A DNA stretch of 64,000 nucleotides from Octopus sinensis (GCF_006345805.1 NC_043017.1:27714001-27778000), one strand, 5' to 3'; positions 13,625-28,221 are shown, counted from the stretch's first letter. A program made the numbers and translations. The notes: generated by a model not told the origin, from the sequence alone.

Positions 13625-13655
<31 letters not shown>

Positions 13656-13819
13656 TTTCTTTATTACCCACAAGGGACTAAACATAGAGGAGACAAACAA
13701 AGACAGACAAAGGGATTAAGTCGATTACATCGACCCCAGTGCGTAACTGGTACTTAATTTATCGACCCCGAAAGGATGGAGGGCAAAGTCGACCTCGGCG
13801 GAATTTGAACTCAGAACGT
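13656..13819 (-). mobile_element. SINE family C (Tx1-type tail), 5'-truncated, within (TAA)n
   Basis: tttctttattacccacaagg..gaatttgaactcagaacgt flanked by (AAT)n on both sides. Confidence 0.88.
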
Positions 13820-13829
13820 AATAATAATA

Positions 13830-14020
13830 GTTTCAAATATCACCACAAGGGCAGCCATTATATCGACCCCAGTATTTCACTGGTACTTAATTTATCGACT
13901 CCGAAAAAGATGAAAGACAAAGTCTATCTCGGCGGAATTTGAACTCAGAAACGTAGCGGCAGACGATATAACACTCGGCGTTTCACCCAGTGTGCTAACT
14001 ATTCTGCCAATGCGCTGCCT
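13830..14020 (-). mobile_element. SINE family C, alternative tail
   Basis: Tail identical to 13079-13109 in reverse orientation; head flanked by (AAT/GAT)n. Confidence 0.82.
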
Positions 14021-15030
14021 CTATAATAATGATAATAATAATAATGATAATAATAATGATAATAATAATAATAATGATAGTAATAATGATAATAATAATG
14101 ATAATAATACTGATAATGATAATAATAATAATAGGAAGAGAAGGAGGAGTTCTCGTTGATATTTAACCAAATAAGGAACTGATTATTTTGCTGGAAGCAT
14201 TCTTGTGATGTAATAGATTATTTAACTTCAACTAATTAAGAAAATATAAACCGAAACTTGGATAGAACAACTGTCGGGTTCTGATGGCAAATGATCATGT
14301 GGAGTGTGCGCGTGGGTGTGAGTGAGTGCATTTTGATTGACGAATTACATAACTTTCTCAGTCACCGTGGTTATATTCACACGCATCTTTTGTGTTCGTT
14401 GCTTGTCTGTATATGCGTCTAAGGCGTTAATATCTGGCGTGGTATAATATCTGACCACGATTTTTTATAGTCAATTAATTTATGTCTGCTTTCACGTAAA
14501 AAAGCAGTTTCAAGAACTCCATTTACAATCATCGAAATTATCTTTCGATGAACTTTTATTGATTGATTTCCATCGATTATTTCGAACTCTATAACTAATC
14601 AAAACTACAACAGCAGACAAAACAAAACAAAAAAATGAAATAAAAACAAAATCAATAAGAAAACAAATAGAATATTATTTCTAATATTGAAACAAAACGC
14701 AGTAAATGTGTACAGTAGTCGCAAACACTCCTAAAGAGAATGGCACTTTTTCATAGTTACAGCTGTTCATTTTTTTCTATTGGTTCCTCTTGTAGTTTGC
14801 GTTACTTTTGATGTTTGTTTTCAATTATTATCTTTTATTGATGTAGTTACAATGATTTTTGTACTCGCTGTCACAGAAGACGTGCATTCATTGTCAGCAC
14901 ACATCATCATATGGGTGTGGGTAATGAAGCTTCGGTGATTGATTGGCGCTATTATGAGTGATGGTCATCTGGTTGGGAATATTAATACAAAACAAAGATG
15001 AACGCCTCGATAGCTGATAGTACATTCCAA

Positions 15031-15598
15031 AGGCGGCGAGCTGGCAGAAACGTTAGCGCGTCGGATAAATGCTTAGAGGTATTTCGTCTGCCGTTACATT
15101 CCGAGTCCAAATTCCACCGAGGTCAACTTTGCCTTTCATCCTTTCGGGGTCGATTAAATAAGTACCAGTTACGCACTGGGGTCAATATAATCAACTTAAT
15201 CCGTTTGTCTGTCCTTATTCGTCCTCTCTGAGTTTAGCCCCTTGTGGGTAGTAAAGAAATAGGTATTTCGGCTGCCGTTACGTTCTGAGTTCAAATTCCG
15301 CCGAGGTCGACTTTGCATTTCATCCATTCGGAGTCGTTTAAATAAGTACCAGTTACGCACTGGGGTCGATATAATCATCTTAATACCTATGTCTGTCCTT
15401 ATTTGTCCCCTCTATGTTTAGCCCCTTGTGAGGAATAAAAAAATAGATATTTCTTCTGAGTTCGAATTCCGCCGAGATCGACTATGCCTTTCATCCTTTC
15501 AGGGTCGATAAGATAATTACCAGTTGCGTACTGTGATCGATCTAATCGACTGACAAACTCCCCAAATAATTTCGGGCCTTGTACCTAGAGTAGAAAAG
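15031..15598 (+). mobile_element. SINE family C head-to-tail trimer
   Basis: Unit 1 15031-15261 with full head; unit 2 15262-15445 and unit 3 15446-15598 start at G(G/A)TATTTC; units 1-2 have the Tx1-type tail, unit 3 ends GGCCTTGTACCTAGAGTAGAAAAG. Confidence 0.9.
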
Positions 15599-15627
15599 TA
15601 TATACACATATATGGGTCCGTGTGTCT

Positions 15628-16702
15628 GTATGTATGTATGTATGTATGTATGTATGTATGTATGTATGTATGTATGTATGTATGTATGTATGTATGTATG
15701 TATGTATGTATTATGTATGTATGTATGTATGTATGTATGTATGTATGTATGTATGTATGTAGTATGTATGTATGTATGTATGATGTATGTATGTATGTAT
15801 GTATGTATGTATGTATGTATGTATGTATGTAGTATGTATGTATGTATGTATGTATGTATGTTGTATGTATGTATGTATGTATGTAGATGTATGTATGTAT
15901 GTATGTATGTAGTATGTATGTATGATGTATGTATGTATGTATGTATGTATGTATGTATGTATGTATGTATGTATGTATGTATGTATGTATGTATGTATGT
16001 ATGTATGTATGTATGTATGTATGTATGTAGTATGTATGTATGTATGTATGTATGTTGTATGTATGTATGTATGTATGTATGTATGTATGTATGTATGTAT
16101 GTATGTATGTATGTATGTATGTATGTATGTATGTATGTATGTATGTATGTATGTATGTAGTATGTATGTATGTATGTTGTATGTATGTAGTATGTATGTA
16201 TGTAGTATGTATGTATGTATGTATGTATGTATGTATGTATGTATGTATGTATGTGTGTATGTATGTGTGTATGTATATGTGTGTGTGTGTTTATATGTGT
16301 GTATTTATGTGTGTGTGTGTGTGTATTTATATGTGTGTATTTATGTGTGTGTGTGTGTGTATTTATGTGTGTGTGTATGTATTTGTGTGTGTATTTATGT
16401 ATGTATTTATGTGTGTGTATTTATGTGTGTGTGTATGTATTTGTGTGTGTATTTATGTATGTATTTATGTGTGTGTATTTATGTGTGTGTGTATTTATAT
16501 ATGTGTGTGTGTGTATTTATATATGTGTGTGTGTGTATTTATGTGTGTGTGTATTTATGTGTGTGTGTGTGTATTTATATATGTGTGTGTGTGTGTGTGT
16601 GTATTATATATGTGTGTGTGTATTTATATATGTGTGTGTGTATTTATATATGTGTGTGTGTGTGTGTGTATATATATGTATATATATATAGATAGATAGA
16701 TA
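15628..16702. repeat. (TATG)n array grading into (TG)n/TATT and (GATA)n
   Basis: Direct reading; isolated 1-bp indels in the TATG part. Confidence 0.96.
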
Positions 16703-17422
16703 GAAACACATAGTTATTGTGCGGAGATGTTCTTCCCACGTACACTTCACTTTTTGTCTGGGTCACAATAATACTTAAAGCATAAGTCCTTTGCATATAT
16801 TTCATATCACAACACTAAACACATAAAAATATTACCTCTATGGTTATATTACCGTTTTAATCGACAAATTCCAAAACCAAATTCAGCATATACCATAGCA
16901 TAACATTAATATCAATATATATTTCATTTATATAATATTCCATTTATATGTTTTTGCTATCATTTTACTCATGATAAAATATTTTAACGTATTTATCTCG
17001 TTTACTGCGCGGTATGGATTAATATCACTAATGGCTGAATCTAGGAATATTTGAATAACAGTTCTGATGTTCTAGAATACCGAAATGTAACAAATTGACG
17101 GATAGACTGCCATATTTGATAAATTTCTACTTAAATATAATTTATTTCAATTAGATGGATATATGTTGTTTCGCATTTGTTCACTATGTGTCAATTTTAA
17201 TGTGATTCGCAAGTACATATCCTATCTCAAATGTTTGCGACTGACAGCATGTATTAAAACGTGCCACGCGTATAGTTTGAGGCGTTAATTCTGTTGTTAT
17301 TGTTGTTGTTCTAGCTGATTTGCTACCGTTTCCTCACATTTGCTGTTGTTGACACTGTAATGACGATGAGTACGCCAAGGTACTTCAAAACCAAAGTCAA
17401 CATCGACACGAATATTATATCT

Positions 17423-17666
17423 AGTAGTGGTATCAGCAGTAGTAGTTGTAAGACTAGTAGTAGTGGTAGTAGCAGCAACAGTAACATCAGTAGTAGTAGT
17501 GGTAGTAGTAGTAGTGGTGGTGGTGGTGGTGGTGGTAGTGGTAGTGGTAGTAGTAGTAGTTGTGGTAGTGGTAGTAGTAGTTGTGGTAGTTGTGGTGGTA
17601 GTAGTAGTAGTTGTGGTAGCAGCGGTAGTGGTGTTAGTAGTAGTATTAGTGGTGGTGGTGGTGGTG
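17423..17666. repeat. (AGT/GGT)n triplet repeat
   Basis: Direct reading. Confidence 0.95.
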
Positions 17667-17667
17667 T

Positions 17668-17997
17668 TTTCAAATTTTGGAACGAGGATTCCAATTTCGG
17701 TGGGACGAGCAAATCAATATTATCAAAGGAAATATCTGAACGGGTTCTTATTTTACTGACCCCGAATGATGGAAGTCAAATTCTAATTCGGCTGCATAAG
17801 CCCGGTAGTTATGTCACTAAGCATGTTAACCGGCCTGCTAAATATGTTCTGCCCTCAGTAAGGACTCCACTGATATATTTTTTAACGAACTTGGGGGATA
17901 TAAGATGCAAAGACGACCTTGCTGGGTTTCGAACGCAGAATGTTATGTGTTGGAACCGTAGTTTATCCTGCACGCTAACGTTTCTGCCGGTTCAGTT
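17668..17997 (-). mobile_element. Two old, degenerate SINE family C-like copies
   Basis: ttattttactgaccccgaatgatg.. and ..cacgctaacgtttctgcc; adjacent to (AGT/GGT)n. Confidence 0.5.
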
Positions 17998-18039
17998 GTA
18001 ATGAAAATGTTAACATTAATAGTTTATCAATATACGTAC

Positions 18040-18338
18040 GTAGATTGTATGTATGTATGTATATATATCCATACATATATATATATATATATATATACAT
18101 ACATATATGTGTATATATATATATGTGTGTGTGTATATATATATATATGTGTGTGTGTATATATATGTATATATATATATGTGTGTATATATGTGTGTGT
18201 GTGTATATATATATATATATTTATATCTATATATATATGTGTGTGTGTGTATTCAGGCATACCTATATGTATATGCATGCATACATATATATGTGTGTGT
18301 GTGTATTCAGGCATACCTATATGTATATGCATGCATAC

Positions 18339-18376
<38 letters not shown>

Positions 18377-18480
18377 TCAGGCATACCTATATGTATATGC
18401 ATGCATACGTATATGTGTGTGTGTGTATTCAGGCATACCTATATGTATATGCATACATACATATATATATGTATGTGGGT
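18040..18480. repeat. TA/TG tract with four ATTCAGGCATACC-anchored units
   Basis: Anchors at 18251, 18305, 18375 and 18427. Confidence 0.92.
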
Positions 18481-19825
18481 GTGTGTCTGTATATAGATGT
18501 GCGTGTGTGAACACGAGTTTGTGTGTATATTGCTTTTGAAAAAGTCTGTGTTTACTGTAAATTAAATCTTGGCTTGTTTCTAACTTGTATAAATGTACCC
18601 CCATTAAGAATGATTTGTTTTCTGATTTTCAACATGATTAAACGGATATGACTCTTTACTGAATAAAATGGCGTTTCTGTAATTTTTTGAAGAAATACTT
18701 TGCTAACCAATAAATCATGGTGAAATGATGTAGCACCTATATAGATAAATCAAAGAAGTCAGCAGCCTTTAGTGAAATGTTTTCATTCTATACATGCATA
18801 CATTAGTTATAATTGTCTATTCTCATTTATAGATGAGCATTTACTGTGAACTTCGATAATTTTATTGGCAACTAGGCAGCTAATGGTCTTCTTTGTGTTG
18901 TGCAAAAATTGTGACTTGTAACCTGATGAGAGAAATAAATAAAAATAAAGCAAAAATAATAATTATTGAAGCAAAATTCTATAAATTAGAGAAATATAAA
19001 AGAAATGTAATACTTAAGAACAACTCAAAAATGACAATTGAAATCGATGCGTAAAAACTTGATAAACTATAAAAATATAAAATCTAATTAAATTTGATGT
19101 TACTTAGCGACAGCTAAATGAGACTCTGAAATGAAAGATTCATTTCATTTTCTCCTCTTCTCGTATCAATAGCAGCTTCAGTTTGCATTGCTTCTTTTTT
19201 AAAATTTCTTCTTTTGTTATATATATATTTTAAAACTATTTTAGTGTGATAGTTTACGCACAAGTGAAAGGTGAAACTACGCAGTAAGTCTGCGTGTAAT
19301 ATAGCATCTATATTACTCGAGTTCTCTTTAATGACATAATTCATCTTCGCTTTCAAAACAAATTTTCCATGTTATGTTTTTTCTTACAATCTATTAATTT
19401 ACTTAGTTACGGAGTTGGTCTGGGCGATGGCGAATGTTGTAGGTTACAAGACAAAACACTATACATAGCGTTTCACTTCATTCCTCAGATGTCGTAGTTT
19501 CGTACTCTACCGGCGATATGAATTTTTGTAGAAATACTTGCTTTCAAGTTCAGGCATATCTGTGCGCTTAAGAATACCTCTTTAGAACCAAGAGGTTTCA
19601 CTTTCGGGTTCAGTACTAAGGCACCTTCGGCCTTGTGTCTTGTGTAACAGATCTAAATCTACCAATACCTTGTTACTGAATCTGATAAATGGATACTGTT
19701 CGGAAGTCCGTCTTGTATATCTCTCTCTCACTCCCCCGTTTATATCTATATCAACATACACACACACACACGCACATTTATATATATATATATTATATAT
19801 GTATGTATGTATATATGTTGTATGT

Positions 19826-19986
19826 ATACGACGGGCTTTTCTCGGTTTCTGTCTACCAAATCCACCCACAAGGCTTTGTTCGGTCCGAGGTTATAGCAGG
19901 AGACACATGCCCAAATTGCCACGCAGTGGGACTGAACCCAGAACTATGTAGTTGTGAAGCAAGCTTCTTACCGCACAGCTACACCT

Positions 19987-19987
<1 letters not shown>
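19826..19987 (-). mobile_element. SINE family A, 5' half
   Basis: acgacgggct..ctaccaaatccac.cacaaggc..gcagtgggactgaaccc..; ends at the microsatellite. Confidence 0.85.
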
Positions 19988-20025
<38 letters not shown>

Positions 20026-20150
20026 GTAATAATCCATGGATGCAATTTATAAATATGCATTGAATATTTAAAAAATTATATAATTCCTTCCATGGATATT
20101 GCTGCTGCTGCTACTACTACTACTACTACTACTATTACTACTACTGTGTG

Positions 20151-20192
<42 letters not shown>

Positions 20193-20564
20193 TATATATA
20201 TATATATATATATTATGTATATATATATATTATGTATGTATACACACAAACGTACAGTAGGAACACGAGCACACACACGTAAAGATATATATTTGCAGAT
20301 AGATAATCCTTTATTCCTTTCCTGGCTTCAGTTGCTGCTTTTGAGTTAATCTATTTCAAACAGGTAATAGTTGGAAATCCTATATTTAGTTCTGTTTTTC
20401 CTGCTTGTCGAACCGCTACTTTCTGGGACGAACAGGATTCAATACCATAGGAGAAGCTTTCTGAGACAAAAGCAAGGAGTATAAGCACACGCACATATCC
20501 ATACACATACACATGCACACACATTCACACATACACACACAGTCATATAAATACGACGATCGTC

Positions 20565-20700
20565 TTTAAGGTTTGTCTATTAAATCCACTCATACCTTTG
20601 GTCCGCCTAGTGTTATAGAAGTCATTTACTCATGCCGCCACGTAATGGGACCGAATCCGGCACCAGGAGTTTGGGAAGCAAATCCTTATTTCACAATATT
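20565..20700 (-). mobile_element. SINE family A head, degenerate
   Basis: aaatccactcata..tttggtc..gccacgtaatgggaccgaatcc. Confidence 0.5.
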
Positions 20701-20722
20701 TCAAATATTTGCAGTATCTCTG

Positions 20723-20935
20723 TACGAAGGGTGTATGAAAAATCTTGAGCCTCCAAAAAAAAAAAATAGCAAAAAAACATGGTACAAGACCTCTGATGAA
20801 GGTGCAAGACTTCGAGGCTCAAAGGCCTTGAAAGCTCAAATTTTTCCATAATCTTGTATTCTGTAGGGCGAAAGCAACCTATAAAAATATTGTGTTTGTC
20901 CAAAAATTCAAAAGGTGGTTTGAATTGTATGTAGC
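20723..20935 (+). mobile_element. Mariner-like terminal remnant, second copy
   Basis: TACGAAGGGTGTATGAAAAATCTTGAGCCTCC..acatggt.ca.gac.tc.gatga..aagacttc.aggctc. Confidence 0.45.
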
Positions 20936-21839
20936 AGCTGACACTACAGAAACCACACTTATGTAAAAATCCTGGGCAGAAACCGAAGCAAAAGATTCAT
21001 ACGATTGCCCAGCATCTGATGCTGTTTCTCAGAAGGCCTTCTATTATCATTTTAGATCTGGCTAATAAATCTGGTAGGAACATCATTTGAATATTTCCCT
21101 GCACAGAGGAATCATTCATTGAACCAAGTTATTGCAGGGTAAACTCTTTAAACACAAGGCCGTTCAACATACGCAGTTACAGCATTAATCATTCAGAGAT
21201 AAAATCTTCAGCAACATCTTGTTTCATTTTCCTTGAGTAATTAGACCAGCTAATTCAATAAGGAATCAAATACCACAAACGGCTTTTGATTTTCTCAAAG
21301 TGGAGCAATGAATGCATTCATATAAAAACCAAAATTTCAGAACTGCAAAATTTCCGCAAATCTACAGTCACCCTGTCTCCTTGAATCTGTCTGCTCAAAG
21401 TTTCTTTCAAATAATTAAAAGATAGATCAATGCAAACCCAAAGGCAAAATAGGAGCGTAGTAAATACATATAAATTGATTTTGAGTTCTTGCATTAAAGC
21501 ATGGTTGTACATCATGAACATTCTGATAATATTTTCCCATCCTACAGAATACATGTTATTGATTAGGAAAATCCGTATGTTCCATTCAAGTAAAGACGCT
21601 TTTAATACATACATCCGATTAAATTACTGCACGATACTATCAAGACAAGTCTTTAAGTTAATCATGTTCTATTAAATCATTTTCTAATTATACTATCACT
21701 TAATGAATAAATGGAAAGCGCAATCACAATACCCGCTGTCTTATGAAATTAAAGAAAAAACAAATATGATAAAGGAGTATCTCGCGTATACACATGTGAA
21801 TTTCTATGTATGTGTCTGTGTGTATATATAAATGTAGCT

Positions 21840-21842
21840 GTA

Positions 21843-21891
<49 letters not shown>

Positions 21892-22690
21892 ACACACACA
21901 TTATCTATATGTTACACACACATATATAATATGTATACACACACATATATATATATGTATACACACACATATATATATATAATATGTATGTATACACATA
22001 TATATATACATATATATAATATATATACATATATATAATATATACTACACTATATTATATATATATATATATATACATATATATAATACATACTATATAT
22101 ATATATAATATATACATATTATATATATATAACACATATATATATATATACACTACATATATATTAAAAATACATACATATATATATACATACATGTCTA
22201 TATATATATACAACATATATATATATATATATACATACATATATATATATACATACATGTATATATATACATACATGTATATATATATATATACATACAT
22301 ATATATATATATATATACATACAATATATATATATATATATACATACATAATATATATATATATACATACATAATATATACGTACATATATATACACGTA
22401 CATACATATATATATATATACATACGTACATACATATATATAATATACATACGTACACATATATATACTATATATACATATATACATATGTACATATATA
22501 TATATATGTATTACATATATACATATGTACATATATATATATATTGTATATACATATATATATACATATGTACATATATATATATGTATATACATATATA
22601 ATAACATATGTACATATATATATATGTATATACATATATATATACACCTATATATAGATATATGTATATATACACCTATATATATACATA
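21840..22690. repeat. (TA)n/(TACA)n low-complexity tract
   Basis: Direct reading. Confidence 0.95.
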
Positions 22691-23073
22691 TCTCTCTCTA
22701 TATAAACGGCAGTTTGTCTGGCGTGTTTCTGTGTGTCTGTTTTCCGTACCCTCACCCTGACACACGGTTCAACCGATTCTGATGAAACTTGACACACACA
22801 AGCCCAATGCCATAATTCAAAACTAACGCAGCGAAAATTTTGAAAAGTTCCCCCAGTTCTGAAAAAAATCGATAAATTCGACATGGGGTCGAGAATCAAA
22901 AAAAAAACAAACCACAGACTGTCTAGGGGACGCAACTCAACCTTTTTTTACTCTCAAAAAAAATTTACCATCATTTTTTTTCCATTTTTTGCTATTTTTT
23001 GGCTATAACTCTCTAAAAATGCTTTATAGTTATTTCCCTTACAAACCTGAGCAACGCCGGGCGATGCTGCTAG
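22691..23073 (+). mobile_element. Non-autonomous Helitron-like element
   Basis: A|TC 5' end (TCTCTCTCTATATAAA), ccgattctgatgaaactt, subterminal hairpin CCTGAGCAACGCCGGG (23046-23061), CTAG|T 3' end; inserted in a TA-rich tract. Confidence 0.8.
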
Positions 23074-23585
23074 TATGTATATATATTTATATTTACACAC
23101 GCACGCACACATACACACTGAAACATACACATGTTTATATTATTGTACATTTTTCGCTTTCCTTCCCTTTCTCCTTCCTCCTCCTCTCTCTCTCTCTTAT
23201 TCTATAGATATATAAGGTCGTGTATGTGTTATGTTTTTTCTTACATATGTGTGTACATATACGCCAGTTACGCTTACTTTTTCCTGAATACTTTTTCCAT
23301 TACAGAAAAATTTCTCTGTCGTTTTCTTCCTATGCTTAAATATATAACGTTCCAGAGACGCTGTTTGAATCACGACACTTCTACCATCCTCTGCATCCTC
23401 ATTCGGAAATGATGTAAAATAGGTTAATAAAGATGTTTTTACAAATCCTTTGTAATTAAATTTGATATAATCAGGATAATTGTACTTGTGCTTCAGTTCG
23501 TATATACACAACGAAGGACGAAAACACGACGGTCTTATACTGGACTGAAAAACACGCATGCGTGAATGCATACTGATATTACTTC

Positions 23586-23815
23586 CTTTTACTTTACTTT
23601 TACTTGTTTCAGTCATTTGACTGCGGCCAAGCTGGAGCACCGCATTTGATCGAGCAAATCGACCCCGGGACTTATTCTTTGTAAGCCCAGTACTTATTCT
23701 ATCGGTCTCTTTTTTCCGAACCGCTAAGTAACGGGGGACATAAACACACCAGCATCGGTTGTCAAGCAATGCTAGGGGGACAAACACAGACACACAAACA
23801 TACACGCACACACAT
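23586..23815 (-). mobile_element. SINE family A, 3' half
   Basis: ttttacttgtttcagtcatttgactgcggcc..ccgaaccgctaag..gacaaacacagacac. Confidence 0.88.
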
Positions 23816-24062
23816 ATATATATGCATATAAATAAATATTTATATAAATGTGTATGGCTTTATATAAGGGTGTATGCGTATGGATTTTTTGTAGGTTTGC
23901 GTGCGTGGTGCGTGCGGGTGTGTGTTTTTGCGCGCGCGCGCGCGTGTGTGTGTGTGTGGGCTTCTGTTAATGTATAGAGAGCATGGTTGAACGATTGAGG
24001 AGATTGGTTCGCAAACACAAGACCAGAAATGAAATTTCAATGTAAAGCAACTTGTAAAAACG

Positions 24063-24476
24063 ACATTTTCGGTACCCACGTCCACAGCCATATGTTGTGA
24101 ATGAAATTTGTTAGACGCTGATTTTATCGACCTCGTTGTGGTAAATTGTACCTGTAATTAAAAAGTGAAAGCCTTTGTAATGTATAGTGTAGGACACGCG
24201 AGAATTACATTGAGGTTATACGGGTTTGTGGAATGATCAACCACATGTAATTTGATTAAGGAACACCTAACATTTTCGTTACCCATGTCTACAGCCGTAT
24301 GTTGTGAATGAAATTAGTTATACGCTGATTTTATAGATCTCGTTGAGGTAATTTGTACCACTAATTAAAAATGTATAGCCTCGTAATGCATAGTGTAGAA
24401 CGCCCGACAATTACATTGGGACTATACGGATTTGTGGAATGATCAACTACACATATGTTAATTCAGGGGAACCTAA
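24063..24476. repeat. Diverged tandem duplication, ~207-bp unit x2
   Basis: acattttcg.taccca.gtc.acagcc.tatgttgtgaatgaaatt at 24063 and 24270. Confidence 0.9.
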
Positions 24477-24744
24477 CTCCTTTGATGGAACAAAGTAATA
24501 CTCATCATTGAATAACAGTAATCTTCCGCCCCCATTCACATATAAATGTATGTATAAATGCATTTCAGTCCATGGCACATTCGATGTATTAAGAAACTAA
24601 TCAACACTTTACAAATTTTGTACGTCAGCCATTATAGTTTTCCAAACTACATTGATGTTTTAGCATTTTATGAATGCTCATTAAAAAAAAAGAACTATTT
24701 TTGTGACAAAAATTGGTTGATACATTGGTTCCAAATTTAGGACA

Positions 24745-24856
24745 AGCCAGTAACCTAGAGGCAGGGGTTAAGTACATTACATCGTCCCCCAGTGCTACAC
24801 TGTTACTTACATAAAACACCCTGAAAGTATGAAAGGCAAAGTCGACCTCAGCGTGA
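24745..24856 (-). mobile_element. SINE family C fragment, cut at a Helitron-like start
   Basis: ttacatcgtcccccagtgc..gaaagtatgaaaggcaaagtcgacctc. Confidence 0.6.
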
Positions 24857-24861
24857 GGATA

Positions 24862-25050
24862 AATCTATTATATACAATCCGTTCTGTCTGTCTGTGTGTA
24901 TGACTTCTAGGATCTCGGGTATCCTCCATCCGATTGCGCTCAAATTTGATATCTAGATACCGACGATATCAGGGCGTGCATAAGTCTTGAAAAAATTACA
25001 AAAATCGATTCCAGGTGAGAATACAATCGCTAAAACCGTTTTTGTCCTGC
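24862..25050 (+). mobile_element. Helitron-like 5' end, third family (3' end not located)
   Basis: ATCTATTATATACAATCCGTTCTGTCTGTCTGTGTG..CCGATTGCGCTCAAATTTG. Confidence 0.5.
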
Positions 25051-26276
25051 TTTTCTTCCATCAACCTGTACATAAATGCACCTTCCATTTTTTGTTGATT
25101 TTGTACTGCTTAAAGGCACGTTTCTTTCCTGCCAAGCTTACTGTTTAAACCATGTTTGTGTTCTCCCAGTCAACAGCCTTATCATTACTGGTACTTTAAA
25201 CTTTTATGGTTGCATACTTGTGTGAATAAAATCGTTTTTCTTTGGAATAGAAAAAAGTGTATCTTTATTTCTTCTTTTGCTGGTGTCTCAAATTTAGGTT
25301 AAATCAGTGTTTCTCTGAAAATTTTTCTTAAAGTTTTCATCAAAATTTTTGAAAGTTATTTTTGAAAATTTTCATCAAAATTTGGGAAAGGTTTTTGAAA
25401 ATTTTCATCAAAAGTAGAGGCCTATGGAACGGTCGGACAAGTTGTTTTGAGAAAATCTGGTTTAAATGTTTGACAACTCAGCACCGTCCAATGGAGGGGG
25501 GGGGCGTTTTGCTCGTATTGATATATTGAAATATGGAAACAACTGGACATTTTCATTATATTTTAACAAGCTAGGTTGTAGATTCGATCGTTTCGGCGGC
25601 TCTATGTCTCTCCGAAACGCTTGCCGTCTTATGTACCCATCCTTCTCTCGTCTATTACTGAAAATCCAAATTGAAATTCAATGTAAAAGGGTATGGATTA
25701 AGCTTTTTTATTTCGCAGAGGAATGGCAAAAAGGAATTTATTTGAAATATACGTTTAAGATGAAAAACGCAATTTTTAAAATTTTGCTGAATTTTGTAGG
25801 ATATTTCCTTCCTTCACCGAACGGATCATTTACTGAGTGTAGAAATTTCATCTGCATATTACCATATCACGAACCTTTTCTCTCTGTATGTCCTTCTCAC
25901 ACTCACTCTCTGTTTCTATGCGTTATGTATCTCTCTCTTTCTCACTTTCTCTCTCCTATTATCTTCTATTATTTTCTCTTCTCTCGTTCCTTTCCCTGCC
26001 CTCTATCTCTGCTCCTCTAAGTTTATGTTTCAGAGTACAAAAATACATTAAATTCAAATAGAAGATTGCGTGTTTATTTGTATATAAATCTACGCACACA
26101 TTTGTACACACACACACGCAAACACATATACATACACATACACACAAATATACATACACGCTTGTGTGAGAGTGTATGTATGTATATATATATAATCATA
26201 GATAAATAGATGGATAGATATGCAGGTAGAAAGATAAATAGATAGAAAGGTAGATGAATAATTTAGATAGATGGAT

Positions 26277-26375
<99 letters not shown>

Positions 26376-27413
26376 TAGAGAGATACATACATTGATACAT
26401 AAATAGATAGATAGGAAAGTAGATAAAGGTAGATAGATGGATATATGACTAGATAGATAAATAGATAGTCACATGGATAGATATGCACACACATACACAC
26501 GCAAACACACACATATACGTAGATATGTATATCAGTAAGTTTATACATGCTATTACTATACAAACAGGAATTTTGCTTTGCCGTTCGTTTTTTTTTTATG
26601 CGTGTATTTGGTTTATAATGTCTCCCTTCACGAACGCATGTGTTTTCGGATAAAAACATATTGTGCATGTTTAGGTTTAGTTAATCGCTGTACTGCAATA
26701 AAACAGAGATTTTATAAACCAGCTGATGGACTCCTTTCAAAGAAATGCTTGCCATGTTCAATAGAAAATGATGCAAGCATTGCAGAAATGTTTATAAATC
26801 TTTTGTCTTGAGAGCAGTTATCGCGCAAAGATGGAAGGTAATAAAACATTTCTTGGAATATTCATATGGTCGTTATAAGTAAACTCTTATTTTATAGTTG
26901 CAAAAAGCTTGCGTAGAATAATAATAATAATACTAAACGAAATACACGCATACTTACAAACACACGCGCAAACTCTCACACAATTAGGAAAACACACACT
27001 TAGCTCTGTATATATGAAAATATATTTGTTTTAAACATAAATATAAAATGTATGTATATATTGATATGTATGTGTGTGCGAGTGCGTGTATGTCTGAATG
27101 TGTGTATATATATATATATATATACACCATTGCCTGTGCTTGTCGAGTTTGTGCTCACTTTTGTATGCATGTATGTACGTGTACATATATTAACAACTAC
27201 ATATTGATACACACATACATATATACGTTTATATATATGTGTGTGTATATATATATATACATGCTCGTATTACTCGTATATAAATGTATATATATATACA
27301 CATATATTTATATATACATACATACATATATATGTAATTTATGCCGGGTTTAACGCACGTTTCATATGCTGCGTTAACCTAACATATTGCTCTTCAGAAA
27401 ACGTCTTGCACGA

Positions 27414-27462
<49 letters not shown>

Positions 27463-28221
27463 ATAAACATCCAACGTTAGCATTTTACAGGCATTGCAAA
27501 CATTCTGTAGGGAAGCGGTTCCCTTCCTATTTAAATATGTTTACGAGGAGCACAGAGTGATTTAGGCATGAAAATACATACTAACACGTGTGATTGTGTT
27601 TATATAATATTTGCATCTTTGCATTCTTCCATAAACTCACGCAGCCCTTAAATGAGCGTATATGCCTATGTGCGTTTCTTGTATATATCAGTGTGTGAGT
27701 ATATATGTGCGTGTGTGTGTCTGTCTGTCTGTGTGTTTCTGTAAGTGTTTCTGTATATTTCTCTGTGTATCTATCTACATGTATATGCATGTATAAGGTC
27801 CATTTGCAGAGTCATCAGAGCGATGAAGGATTGATTTATTGTAAATACTTCAGGCTCTATATGACACAGATAGATCAGGATGCCCTTTCATCTTTTCGCA
27901 GCCGCGCAATAGGCAGCCATTCCATTGTTGCTGCCGATGTTTCTTCTCTCAGCTGTGAAAACTTTGATGTTACACGAATCGCGCTTAGGAATGCCGAGTT
28001 TCTGTCTTTAGGAAATGATAAACGAAGTTAAATCGTTGTATATTCCAACAAACATTTTGGATTGCGAATAACAACGGCAAAGATCTCAGCTGCAAAGGTA
28101 CGCAGGCATACGCACACAGACACTAACAAACACATGCGCACACGAACACACACACACACACACACCAACATACACACACACACACACATATGCATATATA
28201 CATGCATATATACATGTATAT

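Noticed and set aside
17360-18001. 213-aa Ser/Gly-rich ORF
   Set aside because: (AGT/GGT)n repeat fused to decayed SINE C copies.
18241-18470. Regularly spaced repeats resembling a CRISPR array
   Set aside because: Spacers are simple (TG)n/(TA)n, the context is eukaryotic and there are no cas genes.
21430-21675. RQNRS..KDAFNT as an RT remnant
   Set aside because: Motif spacing does not fit RT domains 3-4; likely chance.
23930-23955. (CG)n(TG)n Z-DNA-prone run
   Set aside because: Short and within ordinary microsatellite context.
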